In this document: positions 57,246-64,000 of the stretch, in pieces
Numbering within the stretch: the stretch's first letter is position 1
How the letters are laid out: the number at the start of each line of letters is the position of its first letter
NCBI GenBank assembly: GCA_963712115.1
Contig: CAVQGX010000003.1
Coordinates: forward strand, 65,443-129,442
Source: an uncultured delta proteobacterium
GTDB lineage: Bacteria; Desulfobacterota; Syntrophobacteria; BM002
DNA length: 64,000 bases
Reading direction: 5' to 3'
Program-made: the position numbers and the translations under genes
The notes under the pieces: model-generated
What the model saw: the letters and a program-made list of their open reading frames with translations, nothing else
Told to the model about the DNA's origin: nothing
Database searches by the model: none

Positions 57246-57458
57246 ATGGCAGTGACTATGAGAGTATGGTTGCAGCATAACTTAAATCCGTTGCATTTGT
57301 GGTGCCGACTCGGCGGTCGTTTTAAATGGTGGTTCAGATTATACGAGGATTACTTATGGCAGCCTCTCCTGAGAGGTTGGCTCAACGGCAAAGTCAAGTG
57401 GGAGGAACCTGACCTTTCAGGTGAGAAGACAGAGTTCTTGCCGCAGTCTCCCATGTGA
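57246..57458 (+). CDS. Small hypothetical protein
   Basis: LQHNLNPLHLWCRL; duplicated. Confidence 0.55.
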   Translation: MAVTMRVWLQHNLNPLHLWCRLGGRFKWWFRLYEDYLWQPLLRGWLNGKVKWEEPDLSGEKTEFLPQSPM

Positions 57459-57479
57459 ATCTGTTAGGATAAGAGACAA

Positions 57480-58142
57480 GTGAACTCAGTATCCTGGACG
57501 ATATATGTAATCGGACCGTGTAGGGTGAATAATGAGCTTCTGGCGTCCTTTTTGGAGGCCGAGATAGGTGCGAATTGTGTAGTCAAAGAGACTATCGACG
57601 ATGTGGTTGAATTGGATGATCAAGAGAGTGTTAAACCCAAGCTAGTACTCCTCGACTGCTTTGCCAAAGACCACGAAAGACTCTTCCTTGAGGTTGAAGC
57701 TTGCTATTGTAATTTGGGCACCTCGGACTTAATGGCGGTCTTCAACTTGATCCGAGGGCTGAGAATTGAGGAAGAGCTCGTGATAAGAGGAGTAAGGGGC
57801 ATCTTTTATGCCAATGATCACCCGGGCAACCTTGATAAAGGAATTCGTGCACTCTTGAAAGGGGAGATTTGGATCTCCCGTGAGATTCTGTCTAAATTCA
57901 TTCCCGAAATTGAGAACGCAAAAGTATTATCTGGGAATGAAACATCTGTGCTTTCGGGAAGAGAGATCGAGATAGTGAATTTGGTTGCACGGGGAGCAAT
58001 GAACACGGAAATAGGTGAAAAACTTTATATTAGCCGTCATACAGTCAAGACCCATCTTTACAACATATACAAAAAGATCAAGGTCACCAATCGCCTGGAG
58101 GCAGCCCTTTGGGCCAAGGAAAACCTCCACACTCAGACCTAA
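57480..58142 (+). CDS. LuxR-family regulator with a degenerate receiver (CsgD/VpsT-like)
   Basis: GVRGIFY, GEIWISR, LSGRE...N.EI..KLYIS.HTVKTHLYNI. Confidence 0.85.
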   Translation: MNSVSWTIYVIGPCRVNNELLASFLEAEIGANCVVKETIDDVVELDDQESVKPKLVLLDCFAKDHERLFLEVEACYCNLGTSDLMAVFNLIRGLRIEEELVIRGVRGIFYANDHPGNLDKGIRALLKGEIWISREILSKFIPEIENAKVLSGNETSVLSGREIEIVNLVARGAMNTEIGEKLYISRHTVKTHLYNIYKKIKVTNRLEAALWAKENLHTQT

Positions 58143-58491
58143 GCTCCGTTGACCTTCTGGACTGGCTGAAGATTACATACTTTAATCCACACTTTTGCCA
58201 TTCTGAAACATCCACCACATCTAGTGTTGAATAAGTGTGGGGTAATTGGACACGCCTGCCCACGGTGAGGCTATTCACTTCCTAAAGAACACTTGCGGAG
58301 CCTTGGCTCCGCTTTTTCTTTTGCCAACTCTCCATTCGAATTAGAGTCTCTTAGCAATTTTCAACCTAGACCAATCAATTCTAGCCCGGATGTTTCACCC
58401 CTCCGTGCTGCCTCAGCTGAGTAAATTTCTTGATGCACCTGTAACCTTTTTCGCCCTCCATTCGATTAATAAGTATGAAAGGAGAATAAAA

Positions 58492-58785
58492 ATGAAAAAC
58501 ATCAGTAAGATTATAATAGCCGCTCTTTTGGCAATGCTTCTGGTCGTTTGGGCGTCTCCATCGGAGGCAGGGAATGGCCAGTATCGCTCTGGTCACAGAA
58601 ACTACTACAAAAATGGTCCCAGGATCCAGAGGTTTGACGGATACCAGCATAATTATACGAGCCAGCGTTATTACCATTACGGATATGACTATAGACAAAA
58701 CCATTTCCGTAATAGTCACTACTCTAATTTTGGGCTTTACCTCTCTCCCAACAGAACAAGAATCCAGATTAGATTCGGCTTTTGA
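58492..58785 (+). CDS. Secreted Tyr/His/Arg-rich small protein
   Basis: AGGAG RBS, signal peptide. Confidence 0.6.
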   Translation: MKNISKIIIAALLAMLLVVWASPSEAGNGQYRSGHRNYYKNGPRIQRFDGYQHNYTSQRYYHYGYDYRQNHFRNSHYSNFGLYLSPNRTRIQIRFGF

Positions 58786-59108
58786 TGCTGCCCAAGCGGT
58801 GAGGATAATGCCTGCTCCAGATTTTTCATTTTGCAGGCAGGAGGTTAAACATGACTCTCTGAGGTTATGATTCTTGCAAGAACACTATGGAGCTTCGGCT
58901 CCGCTTTTTTGTTGGCACCAAAAAATCGGGTGACTAGATCCCTACCTGGGTTGAGACTTCAAAAAAACACCAATATTTGGCTCGAAACTTGCTCCTTAAC
59001 TAGTCTAAATTCTGGCCTTTTCTAGCACACGGTTTGATTTATAGGATTACTTAGGGATTTGATCCGACAAAAATGTAAAAACTAGAAATCAGGCAAATAG
59101 AACCGAAA

Positions 59109-59477
59109 ATGAACCAAGAACAAAAGGACACATATCCAACAGGTGGACTCGGATGGCCTGTTACCATTGTAAGTCCTGAGGGCGACCTAGAGGCTGCGAT
59201 TGAAAGTGTGAGTTCAAAGGGTGCTCTCATTTCTTGCAATGACATACCACCTTTAACTAAAACATTACAGTTGATAATCAGGCCCCCAAATTACAAGACA
59301 GTTCTTACTAGCGGAAAAATAATTTGGTCTACCATCCTTAAACCTGACGAAGGTGATTCACGTCTTGGTATAGCCATTCAATTCATAACCATGACCGCAA
59401 GTGACCGCCGGTTCCTCTCCTCTGCCGTTGCAAAGCTTGGCTCTAAGAACACCAAGCTGGCAACCGACAAAGAATAG
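59109..59477 (+). CDS. Degenerate PilZ-domain protein
   Basis: WPVTI, SVSSKGA, IIW, LGIAIQF; RxxxR lost. Confidence 0.7.
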   Translation: MNQEQKDTYPTGGLGWPVTIVSPEGDLEAAIESVSSKGALISCNDIPPLTKTLQLIIRPPNYKTVLTSGKIIWSTILKPDEGDSRLGIAIQFITMTASDRRFLSSAVAKLGSKNTKLATDKE

Positions 59478-59533
59478 AAAAACTTTGTCAATATGGTTAC
59501 AGGGTATTCAGAATCTGGCTCCGCCTTTTTATT

Positions 59534-59650
59534 GGCATTTGGTTTGCATCAAAAATTCAAACTGAGTGAACATAGGGTTCACTCGTTCGATCGTAGGGTC
59601 CCCCATCGGTTTATATCGGTGTGCGCCGTGCCGATGGGGGTTTTCTTTTC
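59534..59650 (+). ncRNA. Candidate sigma54 promoter plus small RNA, copy B
   Basis: Near-identical to 44691-44800. Confidence 0.55.
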
Positions 59651-59930
59651 CAAGATGGAACTTTTTTGAAGCTACCTTGACTATTATCAACAATAGAACA
59701 TAACCTCTTTGTCAACTCTCTCCTTTCTTGTCTCCCCACTGGCATAGGATCGGTGGGGTTTTCTTTTCCACCCCTCCCTGATAACTATCCGAGGACTAAA
59801 ATATCTAATTCTCGCACGATATTTGCTTTCTTTAGTAGATGTTGTTTTCAGAGCTTGACCCCAGAGGAGCATGGCAGGGGATCTATAGCTTTATCAGCAC
59901 AAGTGATCTGAGGACTAAATAGGGGATGCT

Positions 59931-60800
59931 ATGAAAGTCAGAAAGCGACAGGAGAATTTAGGATTCAGGCACAAATCTAAGGTTGAACTCTTCAAAGAAG
60001 GGATGGATTTCTCGATTAAAGGGATGACTGAGAAAATCGGCCAAAATAGTGCCTTTATCAAGACCAAAGACTGGCAATCTTTCCAAGTTGGAGACTCAAC
60101 TATTCTAAGGTTTATTCTCCCTACTGACTACGCTGGGTTTCAAGGTGAAGCCATTGTTCAGGACATAGATCAGGAGAATGAAGGGGTGATGGTAGAGTTT
60201 GTACGAAGCTTCAAACAGCTTGAGCCGGTCAGCACACCCGATGTTTCGGGGAAAGCCAGATACAAAAACCTGGCATTTTACCTTTCCAGTCTTGTAGATG
60301 CACCTTTAGGTGAATTGACCTCTGTACATCCAAACGGCTTTTTGGTTGAAAAATCTAAGAGGTTCTTTGACGATAATGTGATGTTTCAGTTTAGTACCGA
60401 TGTGGTGGAAGATCAGGATGTTCTGGAACAATTAAGCCAAGGAGTGAATCGTAGAGAGGTCTTGGGGGCTAGGGTGGTAGAAATCAAAAAAAGGAAAAAT
60501 ATCACCAACCCCGATATGATCACCATAGGTCGTTCTCCCGAAAATGATATTGTTTTGTATAACAGGTTGGTATCTAAGAGTCATGCTTACCTGGATGTAG
60601 GTTCTTCAGATGAAGCTGTTTATCTGGTTGATACTGGGTCAACGAATGGTACATTTGTCAACAATGTCCCATTAGCGCCTCGTGGAAACTATGAGCTGGC
60701 TGATGGCGATGAGATTTCATTTGGGCCTGAAACAAAGGTCGTTTACTTTTCACCGAAGGCTTTCCAGGGCTTGCTTTCAGGATTGAAATCTTTCGATTGA
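59931..60800 (+). CDS. PilZ-like plus FHA domain protein
   Basis: FHA motifs IGR, SKSHA, STNGTF; colinear with the C-terminal part of 13563-15014. Confidence 0.8.
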   Translation: MKVRKRQENLGFRHKSKVELFKEGMDFSIKGMTEKIGQNSAFIKTKDWQSFQVGDSTILRFILPTDYAGFQGEAIVQDIDQENEGVMVEFVRSFKQLEPVSTPDVSGKARYKNLAFYLSSLVDAPLGELTSVHPNGFLVEKSKRFFDDNVMFQFSTDVVEDQDVLEQLSQGVNRREVLGARVVEIKKRKNITNPDMITIGRSPENDIVLYNRLVSKSHAYLDVGSSDEAVYLVDTGSTNGTFVNNVPLAPRGNYELADGDEISFGPETKVVYFSPKAFQGLLSGLKSFD

Positions 60801-60980
60801 CTAAAGTTGATTCAAGGCTTAGAGCCAGAAGAAATGGATATGTAGCTATTTAATTCCTAGTAATTTGGCATGAATTTTGCTTTTAAATTATCAAAAAATT
60901 TAACATAGTTTGAAACAGCCTTAGCTCTAAACACAGTTTTTCGCAGATCTCAAAGTCGAGGTCTCCCTAAAGGGGCAACA

Positions 60981-61307
60981 ATGGACGATGAAAAGCGGAT
61001 ATATCCAAGAACTGAAATTAAATGGCCTGTTTCTGCCATAACGGCTAAGGGCATGATTCTTGGCGAAACCAAAAATATCAGTCTCAATGGTGCATTTATC
61101 TATTGTGAAAAGACGCTATGCCCTGACGAAGTAATGTTGTTGACCGTCAAAGGGCCTTCTGGCCACATGCAAGTCGTTGCTCAAGTGCTCTGGTCAAATT
61201 GCTGCGCTTGCGATGAGAAGAAAAGCCCAAGCGGAATTGGCGTAAAGTTTATGTGGTCGCTACCCAAAACAGAGTCAGAGTGCATGATGTGGAGTAAAGC
61301 AAGCTGA
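60981..61307 (+). CDS. PilZ-domain protein
   Basis: KRIYPR, NISLNG, GIGVKF; sigma54 motif at 60867-60880. Confidence 0.87.
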   Translation: MDDEKRIYPRTEIKWPVSAITAKGMILGETKNISLNGAFIYCEKTLCPDEVMLLTVKGPSGHMQVVAQVLWSNCCACDEKKSPSGIGVKFMWSLPKTESECMMWSKAS

Positions 61308-61368
61308 GGCCACATCTTAATGCCAAATTCGTTACCCAAGCAAACCAAGTATTTTTATCCAAAACCCG

Positions 61369-61689
61369 GTGCCTATGCAGAGTCGGCAGAACAGAAGAAA
61401 ATACCCTCGTGTGCAAGCGTCCTTCCTTGTAAATTGCCAACAGGCTGATCTCACCAGAGTGGGGGACAAAGCCCTTAATCGGAGTGCAGGGGGAATAGCT
61501 ATCAAGACCAATTGCCCGGTCTGCGTAGGAGAGAAACTAACAGTGAAGTTCGTGGAGCCGAAAACTCTCCATTCTCATAGTATGAAAGGACTGGTGGTCT
61601 GGCGCCAATTTCATGGAGATGGCTCTGAGCAAGCAGAGACTTTGTTTACCGCAGGAATCAAGTTTCTGAATCTTAATGACTCCTTCTAA
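61369..61689 (+). CDS. PilZ-domain protein
   Basis: RRKYPR, NRSAGG, VVW, AGIKF. Confidence 0.82.
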   Translation: MPMQSRQNRRKYPRVQASFLVNCQQADLTRVGDKALNRSAGGIAIKTNCPVCVGEKLTVKFVEPKTLHSHSMKGLVVWRQFHGDGSEQAETLFTAGIKFLNLNDSF

Positions 61690-61703
61690 ACTGACCTACC
61701 CGG

Positions 61704-61814
61704 ACTGTGAATGACATACTTTAATGCACACTTTTGCCCTTTCTGGTCCGAACCCACATATAGTAGTATCGTTCTTAGAACTAAAACTGTGAATTAAGGG
61801 ATGTAATACAAAGT
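61704..61814. repeat. Complete bipartite site at the duplication junction
   Basis: catactttaatgcacacttttgccctttctg...ttagaactaaaactgtgaattaagggatgtaat. Confidence 0.85.
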
Positions 61815-62075
61815 TCGCTCTCACCTGTCCGTACTAACCACCTCGGTTTCTCCCTAGTATTAGAGGGTACTAAAACCAAAATCATGCATCCTGCCGATTT
61901 ACAGAGTCAGTCAGATTGTTCTAAGATGCTTACGTTTTTACGTATATACGGCACGAAAATAGACAGCATTACCTGTAATTAGCTTTTCCATAGCTATCGG
62001 CACGTCACTTGCCTATTCGTTCTCTCAGCATAGTCAATTCCAGAAGGAGAATTTCTGCATTAAAAGAGAAAGACT

Positions 62076-62363
62076 GTGGCTCACGAAATCGACAACCGGC
62101 AACACCCTAGAATGCCAATCACATTACTTGCCAGGATGGTCACTACAACAAGCGTTATGGAAGGCGTAACGGAGAATATTAGCCTGCATGGCGCCTTTAT
62201 CCGTTGCCAAAAACCGCTTGAGCCCGGAGAGAGGATCATTGTCATTGCGAAACTTCCTTCCAACCCATCGTTTAACTCCCATGCTGAGATTGTCTGGTCA
62301 CGTGTGCCTCGCCCTAATGACGAGGTAATTAGCCGTGGCATGGGAGTTAAGTTCATAGACTGA
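62076..62363 (+). CDS. PilZ-domain protein (duplicate)
   Basis: Two amino acid differences from 56249-56536. Confidence 0.87.
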   Translation: MAHEIDNRQHPRMPITLLARMVTTTSVMEGVTENISLHGAFIRCQKPLEPGERIIVIAKLPSNPSFNSHAEIVWSRVPRPNDEVISRGMGVKFID

Positions 62364-62796
62364 CCCCGGATTAGCTTGATCTTGGAGGCCCAGTCTACAG
62401 AAGCAGGGTTGTAGCTTCCACCTCCATTTTTATGCATTGCCATACCGTAGGGCGTTACCCCTGTTGGCCTTGGATCGCTCGACTCATCAGTGGGGTTTTT
62501 TTCGATAACCCCGCTTTGACCACTCACAGCAATTTGTGCCAGTCTGTAACCTAGGCGATTGTGAATTAAGGGATGTAATACAACTTTTGCTTTGATCGAA
62601 GCGAGGTTGAATTACTCATCAATAACACAATGTGGTAGTTTTTTCCCAACCTTATAACCTTGGTTTCCCATCTTGTTCTTTCTAATTTCTGATGTATATC
62701 GACTAATCCTTTGAAATATTTCCAAATAAATTTAGTTACTTAATTTGGCATGATTATTGTTTGCTGGAGCTTTAGCATGAATGCCGATAGATTCTG

Positions 62797-63036
62797 TTGC
62801 ACACAACAAGGCAGAGTATTTTGGTGAGAAACCGAAAGGCTCCTATGGTAGAAGAGCGAAGTCCCTGTCTTAAATGCGAACGTCTGGAAAAGAACAAGTT
62901 GGAGTGCGCAGCTTCGTGTGAAGAACTAGAGAAATTCAAAGAAGGACTGCATCATTGCCTATTAACCCAGGAAGACTCAACTGACTATAGAATCCCGGGT
63001 TTGCAGCGGACACGGTGTTACACCATTGATGATTGA
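62797..63036 (+). CDS. Small Cys-rich hypothetical protein (duplicate)
   Basis: Same protein as 56970-57209. Confidence 0.5.
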   Translation: MHTTRQSILVRNRKAPMVEERSPCLKCERLEKNKLECAASCEELEKFKEGLHHCLLTQEDSTDYRIPGLQRTRCYTIDD

Positions 63037-63072
63037 ACGAAACTGCTGGCATAACAATCAAAATACACCGAA

Positions 63073-63285
63073 ATGGCAGTGACTATGAGAGTATGGTTGC
63101 AGCATAACTTAAATCCGTTGCATTTGTGGTGTCGACTCGGCGGTCGTTTTAAATGGTGTCTCAGATTATACGAGGATTACTTATGGCAGCCTCTCCTGAG
63201 AGGTTGGCTCAACGGCAAAGTCAAGTGGGAGGAACCTGACCTTCCAGGTGAGGAGACAGAGTTCTTGCCGCAGTCTCCCATGTGA
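63073..63285 (+). CDS. Small hypothetical protein (duplicate)
   Basis: Four amino acid differences from 57246-57458. Confidence 0.55.
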   Translation: MAVTMRVWLQHNLNPLHLWCRLGGRFKWCLRLYEDYLWQPLLRGWLNGKVKWEEPDLPGEETEFLPQSPM

Positions 63286-63306
63286 ATCTGTTAGGATAAG
63301 AGACAA

Positions 63307-63969
63307 GTGAACTCAGTATCCTGGACGATATATGTAATCGGACCGTGTAGGGTGAATAATGAGCTTCTGGCGTCCTTTTTGGAGGCCGAGATAGGTGCGA
63401 ATTGTGTAGTCAAGGAGACTATCGACGATGTGGTTGAATTGGATGATCAAGAGAGTGTTAAACCCAAGCTAGTACTCCTCGACTGCTTTGCCAAAGACCA
63501 CGAAAGACTCTTCCTTGAGGTTGAAGCTTGCTATTGTAATTTAGGCACCTCGGACTTAATGGCGGTCTTCAACTTGATCCGAGGGCTGAGAATTGAGGAA
63601 GAGCTCGTGATAAGAGGAGTAAGGGGCATCTTTTATGCCAATGATCACCCGGGCAACCTTGATAAAGGAATTCGTGCACTCTTGAAAGGGGAGATTTGGA
63701 TCTCCCGTGAGATTCTGTCTAAATTCATTCCCGAAATTGAGAACGCAAAAGTATTATCTGGGAATGAAACATCTGTGCTTTCGGGAAGAGAGATCGAGAT
63801 AGTGAATTTGGTTGCACGGGGAGCAATGAACACGGAAATAGGTGAAAAACTTTATATTAGCCGTCACACAGTCAAGACCCATCTTTACAACATATACAAA
63901 AAGATCAAGGTCACCAATCGCCTGGAGGCAGCCCTTTGGGCCAAGGAAAACCTCCACACTCAGACCTAA
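63307..63969 (+). CDS. CsgD/VpsT-like LuxR regulator (duplicate)
   Basis: Protein identical to 57480-58142; only synonymous SNPs. Confidence 0.85.
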   Translation: MNSVSWTIYVIGPCRVNNELLASFLEAEIGANCVVKETIDDVVELDDQESVKPKLVLLDCFAKDHERLFLEVEACYCNLGTSDLMAVFNLIRGLRIEEELVIRGVRGIFYANDHPGNLDKGIRALLKGEIWISREILSKFIPEIENAKVLSGNETSVLSGREIEIVNLVARGAMNTEIGEKLYISRHTVKTHLYNIYKKIKVTNRLEAALWAKENLHTQT

Positions 63970-64000
63970 GCTCCGTTGACCTTCTGGACTGGCTGAAGAT

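Larger units (their letters stand above)
55961..58173 (+). repeat. 2.2-kb direct repeat, copy 1
   Basis: Nearly identical to 61788-64000 (offset 5827) with scattered SNPs. Confidence 0.95.
40582..64000 (+). mobile_element. Array of modules delimited by repeated 11-7-11 palindromic recombination-like sites
   Basis: Forward cores start at 40664, 41874, 42647, 44077, 44856, 46281, 48376, 49464, 50684, 51366, 53278, 53920, 55959, 56731, 61786, 62558; inverted variant cores at 40582, 46199, 48242, 54672, 55642, 58165, 61704. Confidence 0.75.
61788..64000 (+). repeat. 2.2-kb direct repeat, copy 2 (runs off the window end)
   Basis: Copy of 55961-58173. Confidence 0.95.

Noticed and set aside
40664-62586. 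Repeated cores as a CRISPR array
   Set aside because: Spacing is 0.6-5 kb and irregular with whole genes between copies; no cas genes seen.
40582-64000. Array sites as canonical integron attC or canonical dif/pdif
   Set aside because: No RYYYAAC/GTTRRRY boxes and no intI. Symmetry gives a 7-bp spacer rather than 6, and the XerD arm TTATGTTAAAT is only loosely matched.

Overview
Bacterial genomic window. The gene content (many PilZ proteins, sigma54 promoters, HdrC-like and DUF362 proteins, a probable selenoprotein) suggests an anaerobic deltaproteobacterium (Desulfobacterota-like); this is inference. It has three parts. (1) 1-36.2 kb holds housekeeping and stress genes (P1B ATPase, citrate synthase, alkaline phosphatase, AzoR, NhaA, PerR plus a frameshifted KatG, an IS110 element, a histidine kinase, a GH57-like gene). 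Intergenic periodic 7-9 nt and palindromic repeats separate many of them, and one gene is a probable selenoprotein (in-frame UGA plus SECIS-like hairpin). (2) 36.9-40.4 kb is a patchwork of gene fragments. (3) 40.6-64 kb is a cassette-like array punctuated by at least 16 co-oriented copies of a 29-bp 11-7-11 inverted-repeat core (AGTGTGAATTA-AGGGATG-TAATnnnnnnT), 7 inverted variant cores and a rigidly spaced accessory box. Cargo includes about 10 PilZ genes, a CsgD/VpsT-like LuxR regulator, surface proteins, small ORFs and candidate sigma54-driven small RNAs. A 2.2-kb duplication starts exactly at one core, which suggests the cores are recombination sites. No recombinase gene was seen in the window. 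All calls are by eye, without database searches.
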